Below are positions 47,630 to 59,206 of a DNA stretch of 64,000 nt, one piece after another. The stretch's first letter is position 1, and the number at the start of each line of letters is the position of its first letter. The notes under the pieces were generated by a model that saw only the letters and a list, made by a program, of their open reading frames with translations, made no database searches and was not told the DNA's origin. This DNA is from an uncultured delta proteobacterium. Lineage in GTDB: Bacteria > Desulfobacterota > RBG-13-43-22. Location of the stretch: positions 32,001 through 96,000 of the forward strand of contig CAWBOS010000015.1 in assembly GCA_963790475.1 (NCBI GenBank). The letters run 5' to 3'. Both the position numbers and the translations under genes were made by a program.

Positions 47630-48049
47630 TTAGAATTCAAATCGGAATCTAAAACCGCCAAACCATTCTTTTTTGCTGTCAGGTTGGGTGATATAGCCGC
47701 CTGGTAATTTTTCCAATTCATAATGAGCAAACATCGAGGCCACATAAAAAAAATCGGTAATCTTATAATCGATGCTGGCACCGTGCATTATCCGGGAACT
47801 GGCGTCGTTTCCTGAATTCCACTCATTTCGGTTTTTGGCACTATCATAATTAAAATGGATACGGGAGGTTATCGTGCGAAAAGTGAAGGTTAAATCGTCA
47901 AATTGATGTAGTTTTCCTACAGGATTCTCAAAAAAGGGAAGGTCCTTAGGAAGCCCCGTATGGAGAATCAAGTCGTTTCCTTGGACGTTCCCGGCTACGA
48001 AAATTGCCCCCCAAAACAAAAACATTATGAATAACTTCGATAATTTCAT
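47630..48049 (-). CDS. AT-rich exported hypothetical protein with beta-signal-like C-terminus
   Basis: Signal peptide; alternating beta pattern; ends GFRFRFEF. Confidence 0.55.
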   Translation of the reverse strand: MKLSKLFIMFLFWGAIFVAGNVQGNDLILHTGLPKDLPFFENPVGKLHQFDDLTFTFRTITSRIHFNYDSAKNRNEWNSGNDASSRIMHGASIDYKITDFFYVASMFAHYELEKLPGGYITQPDSKKEWFGGFRFRFEF

Positions 48050-49049
48050 TGGTTTCGCCTACTTAATACTTAAAATAATTAATTCATGAATTTCAATACG
48101 TAGAAATTTTTTCCTAAAGGTATAGACACTCTTAAGATTGATTAAATTAAATCCCCTATCCTCTTTTTTTCTCACCTTGACCACTCATCATCTTCGATTA
48201 TGGCCAGAGCTTCCGGGTTATAAAGCAGCGGGCCTTTGAATGGACCACATTATTCACGGGTTTGGGAAATGTAAATAGGAAGTTTTCCAATAAATGGAAT
48301 CCTTAATCGGGGGGATACTTAAACGGTTTGAATTTGAAATAGTTCAAAATAGGTAAGAGGCCAAAAACAAGTGTACAGGAAGACCTTTCCGAATGGATTA
48401 TCCAATACATCTGGCCTTTAACCGCCAAATCTGCTGTCCCCCTAAAGCCGTCTCCCCCCCCTTAGTTAAGATCATTGATTCTGATGTCAAATAGACGGTC
48501 TATTTATCACTTCCCTAAACCAAAGCCTCCGGACTTCACATAGAAGCCAAAAATTGATCTCCCATTTTTTCCCCCCAAGTTTTGGCCATATCTGACAAGC
48601 CCCCATGGTAGGATATTACCTGATTATTCCGAAGGCTTAATAACGAGGCAGTTGGCTGGCAATGGCCATCGCCCAGGAACCCGGGGATTTACTTAGGCCC
48701 GGGCTGCGGACATACCAGTGTCTATAGTTGAAAAAGATGGGGCCCGGCCAGGCGCGGGCCGCGAAGATACCGGTGGGTATAGCAGAAAAGGATGCGGCCC
48801 GGGAGGTCACCCGAACGCGGGGAGATGCATAGGATGGACCTGAAGATAGTTGAAAAAATCCTTGAAAAATTATGTGTATTATGAAAATCCAAGGGAAAGA
48901 GGATATTTCACCTGGATATCATTAACTCCTTCCTTCTCAGCTCCATTTGGGGGTATCAGTTTTGCTTTCGGGGTACTTTAGCTCTATTTCTACCCCCAAT
49001 ACCCTGGATGTCAATGGATTTTATCGGACGCTATGAAGCAATAGGCAAT

Positions 49050-49077
49050 AAAAAACCCGCTATTTAAGCGGGTTTTT
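49050..49077. terminator. intrinsic terminator downstream of tRNA
   Basis: AAAAAACCCGCT-ATTTA-AGCGGGTTTTT. Confidence 0.8.
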
Positions 49078-49108
49078 GTACTTCTTGGGATTGTGTTGGA
49101 CTGTCAAA

Positions 49109-49185
49109 TGGTGGCGGTGCAGGGAGTTGAACCCCGGACACTGCGGATATGAGCCGCATGCTCTGACCACCTGAGCTACACCGCC
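49109..49185 (-). tRNA. tRNA-Met (CAT), elongator type
   Basis: GGCGGTG acceptor stem with paired 1:72, D arm TAGCTCAGGTGGTCAGAGC, anticodon arm TGCGG-CTCATAT-CCGCA, GGTTCAACTCC, encoded CCA; Ile2 not excluded. Confidence 0.92.
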
Positions 49186-49194
49186 ACATGGACC

Positions 49195-50893
49195 CTATTT
49201 GGGGCTGGGTTTAACCTCTCCCAAATCATAACAATATAATACACTCCGGCCATCGGAAATAAAGGTCAGTCCGGTGGATTGGACAATCCCCACCACTAGT
49301 TGTTTCTGGCCGTTATTTTTAAAATCAGCAACGCCGTAATTGGCTATATAGTCGCTGATCGTCGGTGTCCTCCAGTTTTCTTTCATGGTTCCCCCATCCC
49401 AGGAGAGAGAAAAGATTTCGCCGCTGGTATAGGCGCGGTATTGGGACAGAAAGTTTAAAAACGACCCTTTGTTTTTATTCAGGATGATTTCCTTTTTCCC
49501 TGGGGTTGATAGGGAAGTGACCACCAAACGGGACGGGATAACGGCCCGGCTTTTTTCTTCATCTCTCTCCTTCAGAGGGTTGAGATCGTCAGTTTCCTGG
49601 ACGAGGTTGACGGTCCCCCCATAAGAGTCGCTGCTGGAATATTTCGCCTTGCCTTTTTCCGACAAAACCATCAATCGGTTTGAGGAATTCAGGTGAAGTA
49701 TTTCCTGAGAACCGTCCTTATCGTTTCCCAGAAAAACAAAATCAAAGACTGTTAAGCCCTCGGGGACTTTCAACCGTTCAACCGAAATATACTTTCCATC
49801 TTTCCAGGAAAGGACAACAATTTTAGAATCAAAGAGTTGCTCGCCATACTTTTGTTGGCCTAAAAGGACCAGCCCCCTTCCGGGCAATTGATGAACGCGA
49901 AGATAATAGGGGATATTTTGGGCAATTGTTTTATATTCTCCCCCAGACCAGGAAAGGGATAGAGATCTTAACCCGTCATCCTCGAAAATTGGTAACGAAA
50001 ATCTGAGGATGACCGGTTCCGTTAATATCGGCCACGTCAACACTGATGTAATTATCCCAAAGCCCTCCGGGAATCTCTTTGATCAACTGGAATTTGTCTT
50101 GGAGGTTACGATAGATATAGATTCGGTTCTTGCTGATCAAGACCGTTTCTATTTTGCCGTCACCGTCTAAATCCCCAAAGGCCATATCTATCATGGCGAA
50201 GGGCAGGATCGTACTTCGCCACACCCCGGCCATATCAAAACCGCCGGCATTGATAATGATCTGCGGTGAAAGGGGATTGATGGTGTATCCCTTGAGTGAT
50301 AGAGGTCCCTTCCCCGCGGGGGGAGTTTCACCGGAGGGCTCCGGACTCTTGGTTTGAGGGGCTGTGGCTATTGCCCCCGCGGCCGGGGTCGTCCGGGCAC
50401 GATCAAACACTTTCTCATTAATCATGTCCGACAATTCGCCAACCCGGATAATGACCTCATCGATCCCCTTGGCTTGGGCATAGAATTTTTTCACGGGTTG
50501 ACGAAGGGTAATATTCACCAGGTTAACGTCCAGACTTACACTGGTCCCCAATACATTGATACTGCCCCAAAGGACTACATCGGCGCCCAATTGTTTTCCC
50601 ATCTCAACCGCCCGGGATTCATCCACTGGTCCTGACATCTTTTCTCTGACCTTCTGAATTTGGGCGTTGTCTAAAACCACGACCTTGTCTTCCCAGCTCA
50701 GACGGGAGGCGAACATGTCTTGAACCCCTTCCCTTAAATAGTCCATCCGTTCCGAGGCGTTGATAACAAAAGGAAAAACGGCTACCCGTTTTATTTCTCC
50801 CGCCCAGGACGGGGCAGCCAGAAATAAATTGAGGATCAAAAAAATTCCCCATAGACCTTTGAGGCAGGAAAAAGGCGCACTATTTTGATTCAT
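49195..50893 (-). CDS. exported protein with TolB-N/CsgG-like domain and FG-GAP/VCBS repeats (indel near 49980)
   Basis: Signal peptide, VAVFPF..GADVVLWGS; GDLDGDGKIE, ADINGTG, ADFKNNG repeats; two overlapping ORFs join. Confidence 0.78.
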
Positions 50894-50963
50894 AATCAAT
50901 TCTCCTTTAATTTAAAGGAAAATAGCACGCCCTTTTGATTCTGTCAACCCTGTAGTGGCTCTT

Positions 50964-51043
50964 GCCCCCCTTCACTTTACCCAAACTAGTCCTTTTTATT
51001 CTCTTTTTAATGACGAGGCCAGGGGGTTTATTTGGGTTGCCAA
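50964..51043 (-). repeat. non-coding element copy 1 (inverted paralog of 51197-51273)
   Basis: TTGGCAACCC.AATAAACCCCCTGGCCTCG-variable-AAAGTGAAGGGGG on minus strand. Confidence 0.7.
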
Positions 51044-51196
51044 CCCAATTCCTCAGAGTACCTTCATGGTAAACCTCTTTCGAGATACTCTTTAAGGCAG
51101 GCCAAAGGGGAAAATTCTCCAGTAGAACCAAAGCTTGTTATTTTCCTCAAAATGTATTTAATACTAAGGGCCGCAAAAAAAGCGGCGGATTACCTT

Positions 51197-51273
51197 TTGG
51201 ACAACCCTGAATAAAACCCCCTGGCCTCGCGGACAACAGCGCAACAGCGGCATCAGTTAAAAGTGAAGGGGGC
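51197..51273 (+). repeat. non-coding element copy 2
   Basis: TTGGACAACCCTGAATAAAACCCCCTGGCCTCG-variable-AAAGTGAAGGGGG. Confidence 0.7.
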
Positions 51274-51300
51274 TAAGCATCGTGGCTGCAAAACCAGTCC

Positions 51301-51329
51301 TTGACTTTGTTTATGGTTTCTTTCATACT
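51301..51329 (+). promoter_or_regulatory. sigma70-type promoter
   Basis: TTGACT-17 nt-CATACT upstream of 51386. Confidence 0.6.
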
Positions 51330-51385
51330 ATTTCTCGTGGCAATAACTTGAGTTAATTTCAGGATAAAGGGGAATTTTATCGACC

Positions 51386-51595
51386 ATGGATCCGGGACTC
51401 TTAAAACAAATCAATCAGCGGGTTCAAGAAGAACTCCTGAAAAAAGAGATTGAGGTGGTCCAATATAGTCTGACCGAATTGGAACGCCTGATAGAAAAAC
51501 GCCATCAGGACATGGCCAGTTTGCAGGTGGATTTAAAAGGCCTGGCCCAGAAATTCCAAAATCGCCTTAAAATTTTAAAAACTTCGGGGATATAA
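51386..51595 (+). CDS. small coiled-coil hypothetical protein
   Basis: 69 aa with heptad pattern; co-oriented 6 nt before queD. Confidence 0.7.
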   Translation: MDPGLLKQINQRVQEELLKKEIEVVQYSLTELERLIEKRHQDMASLQVDLKGLAQKFQNRLKILKTSGI

Positions 51596-51601
51596 AATTA
51601 G

Positions 51602-51973
51602 ATGTTTGAACTGAAAATCATCACCCAGTTCGCCGCCGCCCATCGCTTACTCAATTTTCAGGGAAAATGCGAACAGCTCCATGGTCACAACTGGAAAGTG
51701 GAGGTCTTTCTCCGGGCCGCCCGGTTGGATTCCGCCGGTTTGGTGCGGGACTTCGGAGAAATTAAAACCATTACTCATGAAGTGTTGAATGGGTTAGACC
51801 ACCAGTATTTAAACGAACTTTTCCCTTTTAAAGAAGAAAATCCTTCTTCGGAACACATAGCCCGCTATCTCTTTCATGAATTAAGCCGCCGCCTCAACGA
51901 TGATCGGGCACAGGTGAGCAAAATTTCTGTTTGGGAATCGGATTCTGCCTGTGCGACCTATTGGGGGGAATAA
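51602..51973 (+). CDS. queD: 6-carboxytetrahydropterin synthase
   Basis: FAAAHRL, CEQLHGHNW, DF, LDH.YLN, NPSSE, VWES. Confidence 0.95.
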   Translation: MFELKIITQFAAAHRLLNFQGKCEQLHGHNWKVEVFLRAARLDSAGLVRDFGEIKTITHEVLNGLDHQYLNELFPFKEENPSSEHIARYLFHELSRRLNDDRAQVSKISVWESDSACATYWGE

Positions 51974-51976
51974 AAA

Positions 51977-52089
51977 TAGCTGATAGCTTGTAGCTCAAAG
52001 CTCATAGTAATAATTATTTTTTTTAAATTGTTACCAAGCAAAAAGAGAAAATTTTTTGGCTTTCCTTTGAGCTTTGAGCTATCAGCTAT
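51977..52089. repeat. inverted arrays of degenerate 7-mer repeats between convergent queD and serS
   Basis: TAGCTGA TAGCTTG TAGCTCA AAGCTCA ... TTGAGCT TTGAGCT ATCAGCT A; can fold into a long hairpin. Confidence 0.7.
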
Positions 52090-53409
<1,320 letters not shown>

Positions 53410-53422
53410 TCAGTCAATCATT

Positions 53423-54676
53423 TCAGCGATTCTCCTCCAATTGCTCTATAAAAGCCTCAATATTGGTCTTGGTTTGCTCGTCGGAAACCAGCCGCAGGTC
53501 GTTTAAATCCCCATTGATCGTCAGACTCGGGATCCCGGTCGCTTCCTCGATTCTTTGGGGCATACCGTAACGGCAATTGGAATTGTTGGGGCAGGTCTTG
53601 GCATCATGGAAGATAATCCCATCCACCTTGAAAAAATCCATCATTTTCTTGATGTAGATCTCCTTGAAATGGTCGGAGCGAACGATAAACAACTCCGTAT
53701 AAGCCCTGGCCATGCTGTTAAAGGGATCCTCCGGTTCGAAAGCGGTAAAGATCCAACTGTTGCAATAGGTGGAGGCCAATACATTGGTTCGTAGTTCGGA
53801 AAAAAGATTGGAGTGGGCGCTCAGCCTGCCCCAAACCGGCATACCATCCCAATACAATCTGAATTTTTCATTTTCCACGGCGCCCACGCCGTTTTTGATC
53901 CGCTCCTTGAGTTCCGCTAATAATAACCGGTAGTATTCGACTGCCGCCCGGGTTCCTCTCAAAACAACCGCCGGTCCCATATGAATGGTCCCGTCAAAAA
54001 AAGTGATCGGAGAGGGAACGGCCGAGGCCGTATCCAGCACTTCCTTCCACAGGTCGGAACAGGTTCTGGATAAGGCCAGGACCTCTTTCATCTCGTCCAA
54101 ATCAAATTTTTTACCCGATATTTCCGACAAGGGTTCTATGAGCTTTTCCATTTGTCGGGCAATGGACTGAACGTGGGCCTCGGTCACCTCATTCACCCCG
54201 CAATGGGTGGTAATCCCCAGCAGCGGAACATTGAGCCTTCGGGCATACCAGGAAAACCAGTCCTGCACATCCCGGCATTGATTGGTATTGAAAACCAGAA
54301 CGTCGGGTTTGGGGACTTGTTCAATCCCTGGGTAGGCTTTGGACAAGGGCGTAACCCCCTTGAGATAGGCCCCTATATCTGCGGTCAGATAAGAACAGAT
54401 ATCCGGAGAATATCCGATGGCATTGGCCTCGGGGATAAAATCTGTGGCCAAACGTGTGGACCCGAGCATGGCCCCGTGATTTTCCGGAAAGTGGACCAGA
54501 AAGCCCAGGGCCCTTAAAATTTCGGCCGGTCCGACACTGGTACACCAGGCAATCTTTTGCTCGCCGGTCTTTGAGGCCCGGTCCAGTTGATAAAAATATT
54601 CAGACATAATCCGGTTCATCTCAGCGGTGGCTTCGATTTTTTTTCGTATCGGTTTTTTCTTCTCTTCCATAGTCAT
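53423..54676 (-). CDS. 2-hydroxyacyl-CoA dehydratase / benzoyl-CoA reductase subunit family
   Basis: FPENHGA, GYSPDICSY, NQC, VDGIIFH..KTC, GDLND, TNIEAFIE. Confidence 0.9.
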   Translation of the reverse strand: MTMEEKKKPIRKKIEATAEMNRIMSEYFYQLDRASKTGEQKIAWCTSVGPAEILRALGFLVHFPENHGAMLGSTRLATDFIPEANAIGYSPDICSYLTADIGAYLKGVTPLSKAYPGIEQVPKPDVLVFNTNQCRDVQDWFSWYARRLNVPLLGITTHCGVNEVTEAHVQSIARQMEKLIEPLSEISGKKFDLDEMKEVLALSRTCSDLWKEVLDTASAVPSPITFFDGTIHMGPAVVLRGTRAAVEYYRLLLAELKERIKNGVGAVENEKFRLYWDGMPVWGRLSAHSNLFSELRTNVLASTYCNSWIFTAFEPEDPFNSMARAYTELFIVRSDHFKEIYIKKMMDFFKVDGIIFHDAKTCPNNSNCRYGMPQRIEEATGIPSLTINGDLNDLRLVSDEQTKTNIEAFIEQLEENR

Positions 54677-54839
54677 TTCCTTATCTCTTTTCTTTGGAGA
54701 CCTCTGAAAAATATTCAATTTTGTCCAAGTTCAAGGAAGACGATCCCGCAAAAGGCGGGATTAACCACAGGCATACATTTAGTATTTCGAGGATTAAAAT
54801 TTGAGTCTGAGGCAGAGATCGGGCAAAAGGGGATGTTTT

Positions 54840-55626
54840 TCAAGCGTCTCCCTCCATGGCATACAAGGCGGCCCCAATAGCCCCGGTCAATTGGGGATGT
54901 TCAGGGACCAGGATCTTTCTTCCAATGATCTCCTCGGTCATGGTCACCAGAAAGGGATTGTGGGCCACCACACCGCCGGTCATGACCACGTTCTCGGTCA
55001 AAGAATCCATTTCCAACACCCTTTTGACGACTGAGAAAAACAATCCTTTGATGATATCGGTTACCTTTTTCCCCTTGCCGGATATTTTCCAGAACCTCGG
55101 TGGCGGAAAAAACCGTACAAAAACTGCCCAGTTTGACCATCTCTCGGGATTGGCGGGCCAGAGCGTCCATTTCCTCTATGGGGATATTCAGCCGCAGGGA
55201 CATTTCTTCCAGAAAAGCGCCGGTGCCGGCGGCGCACTTTCGGTTCATTTTGAAATTGATCCTTCGTCCTTTTTCATCCAGCTTGATAATCTTATTGTCC
55301 TGCCCTCCGATATCGATGATGGTTATGGGCTTGGGGAAATAAAGAAAACATCCTCGGGAATGACATCCGATTTCCGTTTTATCGGCCTTGGCAAAAGAGA
55401 CATTCTTCCGGCCATATCCAGTGGAAACCGCATTAACCATTTGGTTTCTTGAAACCCCGGCCATTTCCAGAGAGGCGGCCAGGCAGCGATCGGCCACTAA
55501 AGTAAAATCCGTACCTGATTTCTCTACCGAGTACCCGAGCAAATTTTTGTTGGGACCGAGAACGACGGCTTTGGCCCTCGACGCCCCCACATCCACTCCT
55601 ACGAAAACAGGCTTTGCACTGGTCAT
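54840..55626 (-). CDS. acyl-CoA dehydratase activase (HgdC/BcrAD-like ASKHA ATPase), indel near 55070
   Basis: GVDVG, STGYGR, TEIGCH, DIGGQDNK, MNRKCAAGTG, CTVF; second frame MTGGVV..PQLTGAIGAAL. Confidence 0.9.
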
Positions 55627-55808
55627 TTAATCTTTGCCAAAATACCCAAATTTTTGGTTGTTTAGAATTTTTTCCTAATTTATTGAACAGACCTTGTTTT
55701 TTAACATAAAGAACTTAAAATAGAAAGGGATTGGAGGTCAAGGAGAATTTAGAGCGAAAGAATTTAAAAAGTCTTGTTCCTTCCCTTCAGATATGGTAGC
55801 TATCCAAA

Positions 55809-57178
55809 ATGCCTAAAACAGAATCCCTCAAAAGGCATCCTGACTGAGATTGCCGCTTTTTTCGCCTCGGTTAAACTGGCCCTGGTCCTTCTCATTACTC
55901 TGGCCATAACCTCTATCCTGGGGACTGTTCTACCCCAAGGGGAACCCATGGCCTTTTATGATCAGGGTTATAGCCCGATAACCGGCAAACTGATTCGCTT
56001 TTTTCAGCTTTATGATATGTATCATTCCTGGTGGTTTCAATGGGTTTTGCTTTTGTTGACCATTAATTTGCTGGTCTGTTCTCTGAAGCGGTTTTCTTCT
56101 ACCTGGAAAGTGGTCAACGCCCCTTCCCGCTCCGTCTCCGATCATTTATTTGAAACCCTTCATTTCCACCGGAAATTCTCTTTCCAAGACCAGCCCGCAG
56201 ATTCCCGAGGCCTGGGTTCAATCCCTGTTGGGCCGGCATTTTGGAAAACCTGTCTCTCTTTCGGCTCCCCAGGGATCGGCTTTTTACCTGGAGAAGGGTC
56301 GATTCAGCCGATTCGGGGTCTATCTGGTCCATTTAAGCGTCCTGGTCATTTTTATGGGGGCCATCATCGGTTCCCTTTACGGCTTTAAAGGCTTTCTGGA
56401 ACTTAAGGAAGGGGAGAGTAAAGACCAAATTTTCATCAAGGGTCCCCAACCCCTTAAGAAAAAGAATTGGGGTTTTCCGTGCGGCTGGATCGCTTTACCC
56501 TGGCCTCTTACCCCAATGGGATGCCCAAGGAATATCGTTCGGATCTGAGTGTCTGGGAACAGGGATTGGAAAAAATGAAGGCCTCTGTCCGGGTTAATGA
56601 TCCTTTTACCTATAAAGGAATTACTTTTTATCAATCCTCCTGGGATCAGTTTCCCATCTCAATCAAACTGTCTTTAATAAAAGGCGGACAGGAATCGGAA
56701 TTAGAGATCAAGATGGATGAAAGAGTCCAGATACCCGGAACGCCTTTCTCCTTACAGGATAGTCCGATACGTTAACAACATGGGTAATCTGGGACCGGCC
56801 TTGGGAGTGATCTTGTTTAAGGATCAGGAAGAAATCGATCAGGGTTGGATACTGGCCAATCATCCCGATTTCCACGGCAACCGGCTGGGAGAATTCCAAC
56901 TGAAGGTCAAGGAAATCAAAACCCGGTACGTCTCCGGGTTGCAGGTCAATCGGGACCCCGGGGTCTGGTTTATCTGGATCGGGGCGTCGCTGATGCTCAT
57001 TGGATTTATCATTACTTTTTATTTTTCCCATCAACAGGTCTGGGTCTGGATCCGGAAGGGAAAGGAATCCAAGGGAAAGGACCAATTTGAAATCCTGGTA
57101 GGCGGAACGGCCCACAAAAACCGAGGGGCGTTTGTCCGCAAGATGGAACATTTAACCGAAAAGGTGCAGGGAAGTTGA
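55809..57178 (+). CDS. resB: cytochrome c biogenesis protein ResB/Ccs1 (several apparent indels)
   Basis: ASVKLA, GTVLPQ, YHSWWF, NLLVCS, GVYLVHLS, VNDPFTYKGITFYQSS, SGLQVNRDPG spread over four overlapping ORFs. Confidence 0.88.
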
Positions 57179-57179
57179 G

Positions 57180-58033
57180 ATGAACAGTTCTTTTTTGCTG
57201 AGTTGGGTGACCTTCGGCTACTTTTTTTCAGCCCTTTTTTATCTGATCGCCCTGGTTTTTAAAAAACAGGGTGTCGGCCGAATAGCCGGCTGGGTCATCC
57301 GGATTTTTTTTATCATCCAAACCGGGGCCATCATCTTGCGCTGGGTTGAATCGTATCAGATGGGGATCGGTCATGCTCCGCTTTCCAACCTGTACGAGTC
57401 TCTGATCTTTTTTTCCTGGACCATTGCCCTGATTTATATCTGGATTGAATGGAAAACCAGATCCAGGACCATCGGGGTCTTTGCCACCCCCTTTCGCTTT
57501 TCTGTCTATGGCCTATGCCTCTTTTTCTCCCGATATGAACTACCCGCATCCAGCCCTTGATGCCGGCTTTGCAGAGCAACTGGCTGATTGCCCATGTCAT
57601 CACCTGTTTTTTGGGGTATGCCGCTTTTGCCGTCTCCTGCAGCCTTAGCATCATGTATCTGATCAAAAAACGCCGGTCCGGAAAGAAAACGGGTACCCAG
57701 GGCATTACTTCTTATTTCCCCGGGATTCCGGTCTTGGATGACTTGATTTACCAGATGATCATTGTCGGATTTTTGTTGTTGACGGTGGGCATTGCCACGG
57801 GTTCGATCTGGGCCCATTCAGCCTGGGGGACTTATTGGAGCTGGGACCCCAAAGAAACCTGGTCCTTGATCACCTGGCTGCTTTATGCCGCCTTATTGCA
57901 TGCCCGGATGATTAAAGGCTGGTATGGGACCCGAATCGCCTGGCTTTCGATCATCGGATTTGCCTGTGTGCTTTTCACCTATTTCGGTGTCAATTTTATT
58001 TTATCAGGGCTGCACAGTTACGGAACGGCCTGA
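57180..58033 (+). CDS. ccsA: cytochrome c biogenesis protein CcsA/ResC (apparent indels near 57490-57560)
   Basis: [41 protein letters not shown] (WWD motif), SGLHSY. Confidence 0.93.
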
Positions 58034-58094
58034 TTCGTTAATGACCTGCTCGCCATGATCCTCATGGGCAGGTCAATTTTTGGAGGTTGCTATT

Positions 58095-58445
58095 ATGTTT
58101 GGTATCGGGATGCCGGAATTTTTGTTGATCCTGGTTGTTGCTTTAGTGGTTTTTGGCCCCAAAAAATTGCCCGAACTGGCCAGAACCATAGGAAGGGCCC
58201 TAGCGGAATTTAAAAAGTCAGCCGACGAGCTGAAGGAAAATTTGAATGTGGGGGAAGAGTTTAAAGACGTTCAGAAAGATTTCAAGGATTTGGTGGATCC
58301 CTCCAAGATTCTCTACCCATCTGAAGTCACTCCGCCTCATTCTGAAGTCACGTCGCCTCATCGGGACGACAACCAGGAAAAGCTCGAGATCAAAGCTTTC
58401 CCGGGAACTCCGACGGATCCCTCATCGAAAGCCCCCGATGCCTGA
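58095..58445 (+). CDS. tatB: twin-arginine translocase TatA/TatB subunit
   Basis: MFGIGMPE..LVVFGPKKLPELARTIGRALAEFKK; contains a 21-bp tandem duplication (SEVTPPH/SEVTSPH). Confidence 0.88.
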   Translation: MFGIGMPEFLLILVVALVVFGPKKLPELARTIGRALAEFKKSADELKENLNVGEEFKDVQKDFKDLVDPSKILYPSEVTPPHSEVTSPHRDDNQEKLEIKAFPGTPTDPSSKAPDA

Positions 58446-59190
58446 CGTCAAGATGCCCTTTACCGCCCATCTGGCGGAGCTTCGAAAACGGCTGATCATC
58501 AGCTTTGTCGCCGTCGGAATCGGTTTCTCGGTCGCCTATGCCTTCTCAGCCGAGATTTTTGACTGGCTGGTACAGCCCTTGATCAAGGTCCTGCCTCCGG
58601 GAGACAAATTAGTCTTTACGGCCCTGCCGGAGGCCTTTTTTATTTATTTGAAGGCCAGCTTGATCGCCGGTATCGTCCTGGCCTCCCCGGTTATTTTTTA
58701 TGAATTGTGGATGTTTGTCGCCCCGGGTCTGCTTCAAAAAGAAAAAAGATTCGTTTTGCCTTTTGTAATCATTTCCACACTGTTATTTGTGGCCGGGGCC
58801 TTGTTCGGCTATTACATAGTATTCCCGGTCGGGTTTCGGTTCCTGGTCGGGTTTTCCACCGAAAACATTCGCGCCCTGCCTTCCCTTCAACTGTATCTTT
58901 CTTTTTGCATAAAAATGCTGCTAGGCTTCGGACTGGTCTTTGAATTTCCGGTCCTGGCCTATTTCTTGGGCCGGGCCGGGATCATCAATTCCCGAATGAT
59001 GGCCAAGAACAGACGCATCGCCATTTTACTCATTTTTATCGTTGCCGCTGTTATCACCCCCCCGGACGTCGTTTCCCAGATCCTTCTGGCTGTTCCTCTG
59101 TATGCTCTTTTTGAAGGAAGTATCCTGATCGTTAAATTTACCGGTAAAAAGAAAAAAGAGGAAGAGGGCGAAGAAGAATCTGAAGAATAA
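58438..59190 (+). CDS. tatC: twin-arginine translocase TatC
   Basis: MPFTAHLAELRKRL, FVAPGL..EK, FEFP, ITPPDV.SQ. Confidence 0.96.
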   Translation: MPDVKMPFTAHLAELRKRLIISFVAVGIGFSVAYAFSAEIFDWLVQPLIKVLPPGDKLVFTALPEAFFIYLKASLIAGIVLASPVIFYELWMFVAPGLLQKEKRFVLPFVIISTLLFVAGALFGYYIVFPVGFRFLVGFSTENIRALPSLQLYLSFCIKMLLGFGLVFEFPVLAYFLGRAGIINSRMMAKNRRIAILLIFIVAAVITPPDVVSQILLAVPLYALFEGSILIVKFTGKKKKEEEGEEESEE

Positions 59191-59206
59191 GGGGTTATCG
59201 CTGAAC

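Noticed and set aside
49109-49185. tRNA as initiator tRNA-fMet or tRNA-Sec
   Set aside because: Paired 1:72 and no three consecutive G-C pairs in the anticodon stem; CAT anticodon and normal length exclude Sec
51255-51275. TAAAAGTGAAGGGGGC resembles the 3' strand of twister ribozymes
   Set aside because: The matching 5' UAA/pseudoknot elements are not identifiable
51977-52089. Heptamer arrays here and similar ones near 19915-20000 and 24750-24815 as possible CRISPR or novel repeats
   Set aside because: No spacers or cas genes; short degenerate intergenic heptamer hairpins are common and probably act as terminators
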